Assembly: GCA_965285935.1 (NCBI GenBank)
Contig: OZ260666.1
Span: forward strand, 40,734,001-40,798,000
Origin: Ophelia neglecta
Lineage: Eukaryota
DNA: 64,000 nt
Direction of reading: 5' to 3'
The stretch's first letter is position 1, and each line of letters begins with the position of its first letter. A program made the translations under genes and the position numbers. Positions 35,485-49,656 of this stretch are shown piece after piece. The notes below the pieces were generated by a model. It had not been told where the DNA came from. It saw only the letters and a program-made list of their open reading frames with translations, and ran no database searches.

Positions 35485-37875
35485 TTAATAACCAACAAAT
35501 GAACCGTTGAAGATTTGAAGGCGGGCAATAAGTGGCGCCTTAGCGTTGGGGCGCCTTGGTTTGTATTTTCCTATCGCCTGTACCGCCAGGAAGCCGTCAC
35601 GTGACACGTCCACCAACTTGGGAGTCCCGCCCAGTAACTGCTCGGATGTGATCAGACACTGCTCGTTGGCAATGCCGTACTGGTGGTAGTCCCCACCTTT
35701 TGGTCCAAAGCGCAGTGCCCGGATGTCGTATGTGTCCTCGTTAGCAACTATGAGCTGACCTCCTTGACCTTCACACGTGTCCTTGATCAGCGTCTTCTGG
35801 TGGGCGCTCTGGTCGAGGTCTCCGATCAAACTTCCGTTAAGGTCGAAAAGTTTGATACTGCAGTGGTCACTCAGGGCCACAGTTTCAAGATGGCTGATAT
35901 AACATATGTTTGGAATGGACTGGAAATTAATTGTGCCTTCCGTCTTTCGGAAGATGGAGTTGGAAATGGGGTCTATGAAGGAGATGCCCCAGCCCGTACA
36001 TCCTGGCTCGTGACTGCTGGTGTTATGTTGGTGCGCCACCACGTAGAATCTTCGATCTACACAGAAGTCCATTGCCCACACCTTCTGCAGGTCCCTGCAA
36101 TGAGTCACCTGTTTTAACTGCCCGAAAGAGTTCAGTAACTTGATCGACGCACCCTTATCTGCAATCACAGCCACATTGTTAGCCACACCATCAATACACA
36201 GCTGCTGGACATCGTTAACAACCCCTCTCCCGATGGAACCCAGCTTTTGCATCCCGTAGTCATATACCTGGATTGGGTCACTGTTGTCTTCTGTAGATAC
36301 ATATAATTGGTGTTGCTTTGTATTGAATTTGAAATTCTTTACCAAGCTTGATTCGCAGTTCAGTAGCTCAGACACTAAGCGGAATGGGGTATAGTTACCG
36401 GGGGCAGATGTGCGTATTTTGCGTTTGCGCTGCGATCCGATACTAATTCTAGATAGTAAGTCTCCTTCAAATGTGCTCAAATCATCGGACGTTTTGACTT
36501 CTGATTTGACTTCAGCTGGGTGTCTGACCTCTGATGTCTTTGCCTCCGATCCATGACCGTCTGCCAGGAGTGGCGCGCTTGGAGCGTGGAGAAGAGGTTT
36601 GGGTGACTTGGTTATTGCGGGGGTTGACGAGGAGCGCTTCTGGCTTTTGTCTTTCTGTGCTTTTCGAGATCTGTTCGCGGAAGAATCGGTAGTGCCGGGC
36701 ACGGATGGTTTGGGAGAAATCTTAGGCGGCGGACCTTTAGAGATGTTTTCTTTGTGTGCCATATGCTCTGCGATTGGGAATGTTTTCATTTCCGGTACCA
36801 GGGACCCTATGTCAAGGTCATCAGGCTGACTAGTTGGCGTGAATTGTGGAAAGGCAATTGTGATACCCTCTTTGAGATTAGGAAATGGCTGATTCTTCAC
36901 CAATTGCAGAAACTGTTCACTCTTTTTGAGGACCTCTATGTCCGGAAAGCTCTCTAGTAATTCTTCCATATTTCTTATGAGGTTCAACTGGCCCGACAGA
37001 CACTCTTCGTTATCTTCGATTAGCACGTTCAACTTGTGTTTTTCCTCTTCTCTGCTTTCTTTCAGTTTTGCCCTAATTTCACTCATCCTTGCTCTTACCG
37101 TTGAAATAAAACGCTCCTCGTATATTTGTAGATTTTCGTCGATAGCTCCGAAGTCGATATCGACTTTTTTCTCTATGTTTTCCACGGTGTCTTTTAATGC
37201 GTGAAATTTTTCTATTTTAAACCGGAAGTTTGGTAATTCTTGCTCCATCAGTTCTCGTCTTTCCATGGCTGCCATCTTTATGTCCTGTGATCTGTGAGTG
37301 GGGGGATGAACCTTTATGATACAAACAGGACAAAACATTTCCTGACAATCGTGACAGAATGTCGTGACGACTCTGTTTCCTTTACAGCCACATTGTACAT
37401 TATCTTGTAGACTGGTAATGCTGTGCTCCTCGTATGCTTTCTGCTCGCTATGTTGACCAAGACAGTCTTTACACAAATGCAGAATGCAATTAAAGCAGTA
37501 GTGTGTGGCCGTGGCTGCATCCTCGCAGAAATCACAACATGGTACCTTCTCAGAGTCTGATTTAGTGTCAAGTAAGTGTACTATCTTGTCCCGTACATCG
37601 GCTAACTTCCTCAGAGTCAATGGTCTCTGTAAATCGTCCACCGTTTCGCCATAACTAAACACGTCTTTACACCGACATTCAGGACAGATTATATACTTCT
37701 CAATGATGGCGTCTGGCCTATATTGTTCCTTCACTAGTTTTTCCAGGCAGGTTTTACAAAAGGTATGGCCACAACTAAGACTCCGGGGGTCCCCGAAAAT
37801 CTCCATACATATCGGGCATTCCAAGTCCACGTCCAAATCCCGGAGCAGTTGCTGGTGATCTGTCCCCACCGCCAT
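35485..37875 (-). CDS. Intronless TRIM E3 ubiquitin ligase (RING, B-box1, B-box2, coiled coil, Pro/Ser linker, divergent NHL-like beta-propeller), 796 aa
   Basis: C3HC4 RING CPIC..CGHTFCKTC..CPEC; B-box1 CDFC..HYCFNC..LCKDC..H..H; B-box2 FCHDC..FCPVC..H..H; heptad region; start context AAAATGG. Confidence 0.9.
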   Translation of the reverse strand: MAVGTDHQQLLRDLDVDLECPICMEIFGDPRSLSCGHTFCKTCLEKLVKEQYRPDAIIEKYIICPECRCKDVFSYGETVDDLQRPLTLRKLADVRDKIVHLLDTKSDSEKVPCCDFCEDAATATHYCFNCILHLCKDCLGQHSEQKAYEEHSITSLQDNVQCGCKGNRVVTTFCHDCQEMFCPVCIIKVHPPTHRSQDIKMAAMERRELMEQELPNFRFKIEKFHALKDTVENIEKKVDIDFGAIDENLQIYEERFISTVRARMSEIRAKLKESREEEKHKLNVLIEDNEECLSGQLNLIRNMEELLESFPDIEVLKKSEQFLQLVKNQPFPNLKEGITIAFPQFTPTSQPDDLDIGSLVPEMKTFPIAEHMAHKENISKGPPPKISPKPSVPGTTDSSANRSRKAQKDKSQKRSSSTPAITKSPKPLLHAPSAPLLADGHGSEAKTSEVRHPAEVKSEVKTSDDLSTFEGDLLSRISIGSQRKRKIRTSAPGNYTPFRLVSELLNCESSLVKNFKFNTKQHQLYVSTEDNSDPIQVYDYGMQKLGSIGRGVVNDVQQLCIDGVANNVAVIADKGASIKLLNSFGQLKQVTHCRDLQKVWAMDFCVDRRFYVVAHQHNTSSHEPGCTGWGISFIDPISNSIFRKTEGTINFQSIPNICYISHLETVALSDHCSIKLFDLNGSLIGDLDQSAHQKTLIKDTCEGQGGQLIVANEDTYDIRALRFGPKGGDYHQYGIANEQCLITSEQLLGGTPKLVDVSRDGFLAVQAIGKYKPRRPNAKAPLIARLQIFNGSFVGY

Positions 37876-40800
37876 TTTGTTAATTTATGAAGAGGCAAAG
37901 GTCACTGTTTATACATCACTGAGGTTATACAGGTGCGCTGTTATAGCGGGATTCCCGCCATTCAATATGTATGCAGACTTCATTAAGCATCTCTCGCAGC
38001 CTATTCATCAGTGCTGCCCGCCTAGTATGTGTGATTTGTCACCATAACTCCCGTAAGTCGCAAATCATGCCATTAATATCATTCACACTCTTCGATAGAC
38101 CTGTTCAAAATGGTTGGGTACACGATATTAAAACGATATGATTAACCCATATATTCGAGTGTCTGCTTGTGCGCATACTCTATTAGGATCGTATTGTGAT
38201 CAAAGTCCGCCGTACCTTTCACGTTCGTGCACCACGGTGAGATACGGAGAATTCTGTCCTACAGTCACTATTAGTGTTTTCCAAGTCGCTATGGCCACAG
38301 TGTAGACCTGAGGTCATGCAAGTTTCAGAAACCTATCATACTAACACATAATTTAAGTATCCAAAAGCAAATATATGTCCTATACTCTAGTTGTAGATGA
38401 ACACCGCAGGTACTTGTACCACAGGTACTTATATTAGGATATAAAAGGAATCGACAAAATAGTCCCCTTTATAATATATTATGTGACATATAATATTGCA
38501 TGGGGAGGGGGGGGGGGGGGGGAGTCGCATTATTTCTACTCTATTATCCTGATACAAAAACCTGTGCTGTACACAGTGCCCATATTGGATTATATATATA
38601 AATATATATTTATGTAACAGATGTATATAAATGTTACCTGTAAATACATATATATATGTTGGGAACCTTTCTTCTACTATAAGGAGCTCAACTTGTAATT
38701 TCAAAAACATTTGTTCAGAATTGTATTATTCTGTCCAACTCTTTAAGGGTCATATGTATTTCATCAAATTCTGAAAACCAAGTTACATGTTCAAGGAAAG
38801 TTTTGTATGATTTCCATATACGTATGTGACAGACGACAGCATTTTTCCCACAGACAAACGTGTCCATCCATGCATTAGGTAGTATATATCTATACTGTTT
38901 CACGATGGTTAAGTATAGCTACAGATATACATGCAGCTCATAGGGCCGATATGCTGTAGAGCTGCAGCTTCGAAGCATATTTTCTTCCATATTAGCGGCA
39001 GATGGGTCGTTCGAATCTGAACAACCACGATAATTGAAATATGCCGGGGTTAAAAATAAAAGGAGAATACTGAAACGTTCTTTTTGTCTTATCGTCGCCA
39101 TCAGGTGAAAAAAAGAAAGTCGTGTCACATTTTAACCATGGTAAAAGCGCAGGAATTGCGACAAAACTTGCAATTTCATTCAGTCTGCAACAATTTTGTT
39201 AATTTGGCTTAGAATGAAGGAAATGTATGGGTAGGAACTGCAGTTTAAAGGGTACAGTAACCCCATGCTGATAATTTACCATTTTCTGCCCAATGTTGCT
39301 GCAATCCTGTAGCTAGGTAAAGTAGTGACATTAATGTTTACAGTAGTAATATACTAGGGCCCAGGTTTTAACGTCGAGGCGTCAGTTGGCGGAAGGACTA
39401 CCTCATTGGCTTCATTATTAACGTCTTCCGAGTGCAAATTATTATCATTGCTCTGCAGAGCGGGGATTATGTATTTGGTGTGCTTGTCTATTCAGCGGTA
39501 TGCACAGGCGTATTGGCCCAGTACACACAAAAAAACCTGATCGGATATCGATCAAATTCACCGAGGATGTAGCCTCTATCTGAGTCTATCAGGAGACCTC
39601 GTGCGATTTATTTGTATTGACCTATTTTCAGTGCCTCAGTAGGCCATGGTGCCATTTTGGAAAATCTCAAACGATGATATCATGGGCTGTTTATTAAACA
39701 ATTTCGATGACATTTTTAGTATACCGCATATCAAAGCTCGTAGCCTACTATCGTACGTTTTGGGCGGCCTAAATATTTTTTCCAACGTTAACGAAGTTGG
39801 AGAACTCGTTGGTCAGTTTAGATGGGCTCCTGTGAATTTTTGAAATATATAGTGTGACTGTCGTTACGATTATCTTGTCATCACTGGTCGTTGATAAACT
39901 ATCTTAATTTAACTTTTCACCCCAGGAGCCGGGTAACCCCGTGAAAAGAGACTCGACGATATCAGAGTCGCAGCTTATGATGAATCAACGTTGTTAAATC
40001 AATTAAAACATATTGTTAGAATGGGTCTGTGGCATGAAATAACTATCACGCATGCACGCGTTTTTCTGAGGACTTAGCAGGAAATTACCTAGGAGGGGAG
40101 GGGGGGGGGTAGGGTTTGTTTTAACAGGGTTTGCCTCTGGGTTTGGAAACCAGACCCGTTCATTTCATGTAAAATCTCCTTGCTAAATATAGATCGTTAT
40201 TTCTTAACATGAGGCCAAATAGAACCCACTGAAGGTCACTTGAAAGTGATCCCGGAACCCGATGTACGCAGTGAAAAATAATTTTGAAGCCAAATGTAAA
40301 GAAATTTGCTTGAATCTACGTGAATCAGGTTCTAATTTTGCATATGTAAGCCTACATGTCATTTTTGATGACAACAGGCATCGATGAGACAATTTTCTGC
40401 CATTCCTGTAAAATAATCTTGTAAACAAACCCATTCATTTAAGCAGAGCTAACAATTGGACACCATACATGCGAGTTCATAGACTGCAAAACGCATCCTT
40501 ATAAGAATCACATGCCGTATGCCTATACATGTTAATACCCCCCTCCTTTCCCCCAGAGGAAATAATATAATATAACAATTCGAGACAATTAGGCGCATGC
40601 GTAAGACTTTGTTATGTCCTTGGCGCCAAAATCTCAAACAGTGTTGTCGATATACAGTGCCTCTTAGCAAACTCTTTTTGTATTTCTTTTTTAGAATAAA
40701 TACTTGGATGATCTAGCATAATCAAATGTTTTTCGATATTTATTTTTGCAATAGGCCAATAGGCTACTTGTGATGGCTGAATCTGATTAGATTGAAGCAA

Positions 40801-41118
40801 TATGCGAGGATATAGAGAATCAGATAATACGTCATTGCTTATTAATGACACAATTTACAAAAATCCAATATGGCCGCCATCTTGATTTATTGCCATTGGG
40901 ATATTATGAGAATAATCGGGTTCTATGCTTGCTTCACCGCCTCACTAGCTCGGGTCAGACAATAGATTTTCATGTTTAATTGCATGGTCAATTCAATTGG
41001 TAATATTCAATTATTCCATTTGTATTATACATTGATTTCGGTTTTTGGAAAATGTTAGGATTCTCCAAACGGAATAAAACAAATTTTGCCTTGCCATGTG
41101 AAGACTATTTTAACTCGA

Positions 41119-41298
41119 CAGTGAAAACTGTGAATTGAGACCTCCCAAGGGACCCATAAATATTGGCCGGATAATAGAGGTGGTCTGTTAAGACAGGTTA
41201 TTTTTATCTAGAAAAGTGTCCAGTATGGTATTTTTATTAGTGGTATGAATAGACCGGTGGTCTGAATACAGAGGTGGTCTTAAAGACAGGGTTCACTG
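41119..41298. mobile_element. MITE (Tc1/pogo-like ends)
   Basis: Imperfect TIRs CAGTGAAAACTGT ... ACAGGGTTCACTG; internal repeated GGTGGTCT..AAGACAGG motifs. Confidence 0.6.
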
Positions 41299-43245
41299 CA
41301 TTAGCCTCCAGCATGAAGGTATATCCACTTGCTTCTGGCTAATGTAATTTGAAAAACTGCCTCTTATAAACAAGCCAATATTCACACTGCATATTTATTA
41401 CTTACTGCCTGCAAAGTGATATTAACAAAAGCATCAAAGATGACTATACTATAATGAAATACACTATTAAAATGAGTTGTACAATACTTACCATAAGATA
41501 CATGTCCCTCGTCACACGTCTCCGTTAGGAACTACACTATTTGAGGCGCGGCTATACCAAACACTGCCCGATATCCGGTAGAGGTGCCTGCTCCGAGTAG
41601 GTTTAATTGGCCATGACATCACCTTAATTATGCAAATCGCGAAATAGTCCGTGTAATTTCATGGCTGGATACAAACACTCTCTAAAAGGTTCTATGTTAT
41701 TCAGTCACAGCGGACGCTCGGTATTTGATCGGAAAGCAAAGGAAATCACAAGATGGAAAAGAGAAGAGCAATGTGTTATGCTCAATCACGGAGAGAAATA
41801 GCTTGAATACCGCCAGCAAATATATGTCTTTCCGCTTCCTCAACCCGGAAAGATACAGCCTGACAAGACCGCATCATGAATGGACAGACCTCCACAACTA
41901 AATACAGAACAAAATGGCTTCCACTACAGCCAGATTACTGTAATTACGTAACTCAAAGACACCCCCGGGCTTGAACATCCTATATTGGCATCACACAAAA
42001 AAATCTTCACATGCCCCGTCTGCCAAGGGGAAACAACGAGCCACTTTATCTTGTTTTACACTGAACTATCCCGACTATTCTGAGATTAGAAGTAAACACA
42101 TATCGTGCATCAATCACCAGCTTAAACAAGGAGAACTAACAATGCAATCACACGCTTAAACAAGAACTAACAGAGCTTGAAAAACAGAAGTGTCTTACGC
42201 GCGTGTTCATGGTGAATTCCTCCACTGCTTCCTGATAGCTCGGATGACCCCCTAACACCATAGAAAAGCAGACTTGGAGAACGAGCCATGAGATGTGTGA
42301 GAAAGGAGCGGCCTTTCTATTCTGGGTCATCGGTCAGGAGGTTTGAGAAAACGGCACCAGGTCAAAAAGTCATGGCAAATTCAAAGGTGGAGAAAAATAT
42401 GCTGCAATTTCAGCTATTTAAGCATATTGCTTACCCATATTCTTTCTAGCCATGTTAACTATATAGTGTGTATATAATTGGGAAAGGCTGCGGTTAATAT
42501 TATGTTTAAAAATACCTGATAGCCTCCTGAGTTGTACAAGTTTCGATTTTTCTACCACTTTTGCCTTCGCCGGTTACACAGAGCCACTCGAAGAAGGCGC
42601 GATTTCCTACTTATGTGTAGTGTAGTCCCTAGGGCCCGTTTAGACTCAGCGTTTTTGCGTTGCCAGCATTTGATTTTAAATTTGTTAGGAGGACCAATGT
42701 GTCCTGATGCTTTAGCCCGAAGCAGTGGGTATATGGATGATTATCCATCTGATTCTATGCTTGTTTCCATAGTCTTAGGACATAAAAATGAAAATATCCT
42801 CTATACTAAACTGTCAATTTTCCGCTGAATCAAAATCAACATTAAACCGGCCAATCTTTACTAACTCATGCACCTTGCTCGGGAAGCCCACAATAATCAA
42901 ATATTACATGCGAATATTGAAGGAACCATGGGTAACAGTGAACCCCGAGGCCATTTATAATTTACCTGCTGTGATATAATCTCGATGCTGCATTGTGAAT
43001 TTGCTATAAGATTAATCCCTTATGTGAGAATCCAGCGGAATTCGTCGCCGGAATAATGAACAATGTCCCCAATTTTGTCCCCTTCACATCCTTCCACCTC
43101 CCTCCTTTCATAGCACCTACCCTCTCCCCATCCTCGGAATCACATAGCTTTATTTCCTCCCTCCTAGCCGCCTCTCCGACCCATCATACACGTTCCTCTT
43201 ACCCCAACTCATACCTCATCGCTCTTCCTCCCTCCGAACCCCTTT

Positions 43246-43313
43246 GGTATATTCTTCAACTGCCATGATCCCTCGGCCTGCGGCCTCTGGATCATGCAGT
43301 TGGAGTTTATACC
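43246..43313. repeat. ~26-bp-arm inverted repeat with an inner GGCC-TGC-GGCC mini-hairpin, probably transposon-derived
   Basis: Arms GGTATATTCTTCAACTGCCATGATCC ... GGATCATGCAGTTGGAGTTTATACC. Confidence 0.7.
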
Positions 43314-45289
43314 CCCTAGCCTCGTAATTCCCCATGGTCACGTACTTTTAGGCATACACTATTTGCGACAAATGTTGCCTGCAATGGCCTACTCTCACCC
43401 ACATGAACACAACAAATACCGTATCCTTTATGGCGAACGGCAATATTCTATTTAGCATAATGATATCGCCAGACTTTGCCCAGCTATGGAATTGATTTTT
43501 CAGCATTACTGAGTGGGTGTTTTTCGTTCGGCATATTGTTTCTCGTGATATTGTTTCAAGAAGTAAAAAAAGGTCCATCACTTACCGTAGTTCAAACGCA
43601 AAACAGAAAAGATATCTGAAAGCGAAAGGGACGGTTATTGCAAAAATAAGATACCTTTCCCCAGTTTAAATATGAAATAATGTTTTGCAACTTAATGTGA
43701 CTCATCGCATTCGGAAAACTAGACACAATTGCGAAAAGAAACAGTTCATATAAAATAGCAAGAGCAGAATAATAAAGCGGGAACTATATCCTTGTATTAA
43801 AGACGCGCTATCGAGGTTACGCTATCGGTATAGTTACAATGCCAGTGGTGTGAGTGTGCCACTGGCCAGAGAGGGGATTTAGGAATAAATTAGCCTAGTT
43901 ATCAGCATGGCCATCCATGATCAAATATACCACTTCATCTAATAAACATAAATGAGTATAAAATTCATTTATGACTAATTGGAGATAAGTTATTTATAAC
44001 GAGTATGACATTTTACAAGAGCGTATCAGGAGAGGTGTTTTCAAAAGAAGTTGACCGAAAAACATATCTACGAAAGATATGACGACATTTTTAATAATAC
44101 ACTTTTTGTTTTTATAAAAATTACTCTTGTCATTTATGCTTTGACAGTGAAATTTTCTACAAACATGTTTACTATTACTTTCAATGGGTGGGGGCGTGCG
44201 TGTGTATCATGTAATGTACCCGCATGAATAAAACACAAGAATTAATGAAACAATTTTAATATTAATATATTTTCTACATTTCCTTTTGTGTGAACTTGAT
44301 GTCAGACAATATGTCAATCTTGTTTACAGAATGGCAGACACACAGTCTTTGGACCGTGTGTGTAAATAATTAAATATAGCTAGTTTTTCTTAGGGGGATC
44401 AAGCCAATTGTTCAGCTTTCTCAGAGGGGGTTATTCAACTCGTATTATTTAGGTTTATATGTTGAGGAATTTAGAGTCATCGACAAAATGATCTTATTTA
44501 ATTTCTAATTATTGATTAATATAGTGCAAAAATACATTTTCATAATATTAATTAAATCGCTTAAAATAATTCTGATACAAAAATGCATAGGAATCAATAA
44601 TAGAAATACTAGCTATTAAGAATCAAATAAGATGCTAGCAGCAACTCTTGCGAACGGAAATTTCCTACATAAAAAGTCAACAAAAGATGTTTACAGCCCT
44701 TGGATTCAAACTTTTGTCTTCTAGTCAGTCATAAATGTTTCTTTCAAACAGTCCATTAATGATATAAGGCACGTATGAATATGATGTCGTGTGCAAACTC
44801 TTCTTTTGTAATCTATTTTACCTATAATAGTAGTTAACAATTCATTCATACCTTGGTGAGCTTGCCATCTGAAGCCTGCCTATACAAAGATTTACGTCAC
44901 TTAGGCCTAGATAGTATTTTGCTTGCAACATCGACAATCTATTAATATATCTGAAGAATTTCCACTGGTAGACAAACAATTACCAATTGCCGTGAGAATG
45001 CAAAGCCTTTTTACTGTGGCTTCGGTTAGTTTCATTTTTAAAGAAAGTTTAAGCACAAATTGTCCTCCCCTTCGGACCACAAGCGTGCAAAAATGAAAAA
45101 CGCCATCCTGAATACGTTATAAGTTATTCCTCGAAGATCATCCATCCCTCCATAGAAGTCAGAGGGGTCCATGTCCAACTAGTCGTGTTTCTCAGTGTAT
45201 ATAATTTATGGTATGTCGCATGAACATCTATTATACGTTTTCGTCCTTTCTAATTTGAATATGAACACATCCGGTTTCGTTTCCTCTTC

Positions 45290-48200
45290 TTAATATCCCA
45301 TTCCTGTTGCTTTACCGGCAGAGAATTTCACGGGACCAGACGGCTTGAGTATCGGTTGATATTGACCTCTGAAACAATGCACATCGACAGTGAATAGAAA
45401 TTAATGCGCTGTGGAAACTAGTTTTGGGGGTTTAGTTAATCAGTTATTTTCTAAGAAAAAGATATTATATATCTATGCTTACATCGATCTATTTTGTATT
45501 AGGCCTATGGTGTATTAAAGGCATATTTACAATGATTACCAGGAGGAGAGGACTAAATATTATCCTACAAACTACCTCTAGAATTCATGCAATAGAATAC
45601 ATGCTAGTAGTCGGGGTTGGGGTATACTGGATCTATGATTAATGCACAGCTTGTATTTGGCGGAGTGCCGGCATTAAGTGATCATAACTAGCCGGAGGCT
45701 GGTACGGGAAAATAACAACCAGCACGAAAATCTACTATCAAATATATAGATACACCCATCGGTCTAAGAGGCCTAAGCCTATTTCTTTAGGCTTATATCA
45801 GACTGAGCCAATCAGTCTAGGCTTAAACTTATTAGTCTGATTACCCCTATTATTAGTCTACTTCTATAGGCCTATAAGTCTAGGACTATATTAGTCTAGA
45901 CCTACTATTCTGGGCCTATAATGCTATAATGAGATATACATGTATTAGTACTAATGGTTTTAACCCGTTTCAATGGAGTATGATTGTCAGGAACTCTAGA
46001 AGTAAACACTTTGTCTAAAACTCTATAGGCACTTGCATGGAGTGGCAGAATTTGGTTTCATTATGTAAGAGATAAATGTGAAAACAGATTAATGTGTTTA
46101 CTTGGAGAGAGTTAACTGTAGAACATTTCCGGCGTTTTTTATGAGTTGGGAAGCTTGTTGGTGAGTAAGATCCTTTGCGTCATAGTTTCCGATCGACAAA
46201 ATGGCGTCCCCGGCCGTGACAGCACCATCTGCTGGCGAACCTCTCGTCACCTGGAAACAAATAAAGTAACTTAATGAAAAACTTTGATTTCATTATATTC
46301 AACCAGAGAGGGATATACATTTTGAAGGCACAAGCTCAACACAATTAAAGTGTGTTTGGTCGTTTTAATAGTGATTAAACAAGGCTTCCTAAAACCTTTT
46401 ATATGGAAGATTTTTGAGTTTACCACTTTTTGAAAATGCATGCAAGGCCAAAGAAGCAGCTATCTCAGTGGGAGGGGGGGGGGGGGTCCGTTTTTCTGCT
46501 GTGTGTGAGTTTTAATGCGTCAATAACTTCAAAGTTTATTTTGTTTTGCATAATTCATAGCTCATTTCATTGTTCACTATTTGGCTCCCTCCTCACAAAG
46601 GCAATCAAACGATATCCCTCTAAAGGTTGACCAGATACGTTTATAAAAACAAGGGTATGTGGTCTAAACTCTATAGAATGAGGCCGGTGGTTTGTCGTGT
46701 TTATGAACCTCGAGTGTGATTTCTGACTACATACCTAAGCCAAGTTCATATACGCACGAGCTCACCGAGATAGCAACCATCAACTGGATATGCCCGCCCG
46801 GAGAGAGAGATAGGAGCTTATATATATATTCACACCTTTAGACAACACGCCGGTAAATTTGCTTTACCCGGCGCTAGGACCTACTACTTCTAACTAGAAG
46901 ACGCTGCATCAGGCTATAGTGTAACTTGAGTTAGTGCCATCTATCTGGCTCTATAATCTAGCTCACTTTTACCACTGATATTTTTTTGAATTGTTCATAT
47001 TGTTAGCTGTAAGTATATAGTTTTATATAGTGGATAAGCTAGCTACTAATATCTTCGTCATCAAGCGTTGCCTTTTAGCAACTGAGCAAATATTATTGCA
47101 AACTGATCAACAGTTTCGAATATCGCAACCAAAACTGTTCACCTGGGGCTCTGGTCTGCTTGAAACCCAATAATTTGCCTGTGGTAATGACCACGTGATA
47201 GTGTGACTTCACAGACCAACCTTGTCGACAGAGATTGGTCTACAAGAAAAATGCTCTAAGAATAACCTTTCTCGCTATCATTGTACCACAAAAAGAACAG
47301 ATAGAATAATGACACAAAAATAGGCCGTAAGCTTCTTGCCTTTTATAATGATTCCAATAGATGCAATGGAACTTTGGACGATATGAAAAATTTAGAACTT
47401 CACAGCACTGAGCACGTAGGCTTTTAGTATAAGCCTATATGCAGTGCGAAATTGCAACAGAGCAATATTTCTTGCACACTTAGAGGAACCATACCTCTAA
47501 ACTGGTGAATCAGGTGCCAAAGAGAGCTATATCAGCTGAGCCAGTGTAGTCACACCAGACACTAAAATAAACAACACCCCTTGTAGCCACTGAATCATAC
47601 CAGTTAATTTAGACCCAGAGTATAAATCTACCTGAAATCAGGAGGTTTTGTTGTTGTTTTCGGGAGTACGTCTTGTAGATAGAATAACTCTGCATCTTCC
47701 TGTCTGTCAGCGTCTCGGCCATCGTATATTATGACATTTTGTTACGCATCCTACAATTTATCTCTGCTTTCACGTATATTTCACGTGTATGCACCGAAGA
47801 TAAGCCAGCACTGTTGTAGACCAATATTGACTTGAAGAACGCACATCAACTATCAGGTCTAAACTTAGGGAGAGGTTGACCCCCCTCCCCCCTCATATTT
47901 GTTGGTTGAAACCATTAAATAAACAATATACCAGAAAGTAAATTGATCATATAGGGGAGACCTGTGCTTTTCTTCATGAGAAGCCAATCTTTTGAGGATG
48001 CAAGATATTTCCAATACTATTTTTAGGTGCATAACCGGGCCCTTATGTGCCTTATATAATCGATAAACTACCGATTAAATCTTTATCTATTAAGGTATTT
48101 TTTCATAATATTATTACAATCAGTAACATTGGATGCCATAATGGTTATGTGCCTGAAAACAAAATGGCCACCATAGTCAGTTGAATTACCTATAAATATA

Positions 48201-49617
48201 TATATTATTATATTTTATGGCGAGTTCTTAATGGTACCAGATAGGCATATTCTAATATCCACAATAATAAAAAGTCGTCTGCGTGGAATCAAAAAATAGC
48301 TATGTATATATAGAACAATATAGCCTTGAATTTTGCCTTGACCTCTTTTTCAAGTTCATATCGAGAAAGCAGAGTTATCGTCCTGTTGTGACCTTCTTGT
48401 GACCACATGTTTAGCCATCACCTTTGTTCCAAGGTCATACTGGAAAAGCCATGACCTTTGTTCCAAAGTCACATTTGAGAAAGCTAAATCTGCCCCTCCC
48501 CCACTTAAAAAAGTGCTGGGATCAACATATGCTCCCCCCCCCCCCAAACACACTTTTTATGCCGCCGATGTACAGTTGGCCCCCTCAGATGCTCTTTTTA
48601 CATGTTAGCAGAGATATCTTAGTATTATTAAAAAGGAAACCTACAACTTCCAATTATGTCTGCCGCTAGTGAAGTCTTAAAGTGACGCTGAATTAGGAGC
48701 TCGTTGGCTGGATGTAGGCTTTCTTTTGGTGCATTTCTCGCTTTTTGTTGCGAAAACAGAACATTCACAAACTTCAAGAATATAGCACTGTAGTAAACAA
48801 CATCAAAGCCAATGAATTGACTACATATATACTACATCTTATGATAGTTGTGATGATAGAAGAGTTCACTCAGAAAAGGTTTTCAAGCTCTCTGGTGAAC
48901 ACCTTTGATGACCCCATTGCGTTCACAAGTACAATTTAGGATACCGATAAAGTGCGTACGTAAATGATATACCAGGTTTAACTTGGCAAAAATATGTCAA
49001 GCAATAGCAGTCTCTAGAGTAAAAAATAAAATCAGTTCAATTATAAAAGTAAAAGTCCTGATTTGATCCTGGAACAGGGCACCTACATGCAGCTGATCAC
49101 GGGGTGGGAAGATAAGATACCTAGATCTCATCTGTGATTTTCAAAGTGCAACACCTGTTTAACGAGTCTGACCTTGTGTAGCCATCAAGTCGGTATAGGC
49201 CTGTGTGCCTAAGAGTCAGTTTGGAAATGGGTTGTGCCTTCAAACCAATCTAGAAATGCCTGGTATGTATCGTAAAATGTGTAATTTTCTCGCTTATACT
49301 AGTTATTGAGTTTGTGTGGAAAGTTCTATCAGTTTGTGGCCTCGCTTTTGTTTTAATCGCTTGTAAGGTATGCTGGAATTCCACTTTTTACCTTTTTGGT
49401 TTATTGTGGGCAATATATACATAAGTGCTATTTTAGTGGGCACTTCTATATTTTGTTCGTTTTGAATTGCCAAGAATATGCCATACATTGTCTGATGTAT
49501 GCAGTGTATTGTATCCCTAACTATCAGTTTGGGAAGGAATTAATGTCAGTGTTGGACAGCTTCCAGTGGTTCATGCCCATGGCTATGGGATAATCATACC
49601 ACACAACATGCATACAT

Positions 49618-49656
<39 letters not shown>

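Noticed and set aside
35683-37204. Plus-strand ORFs overlapping the TRIM gene (and similar antisense ORFs over the F-box and CNGK exons)
   Set aside because: Antisense shadows of real coding sequence.
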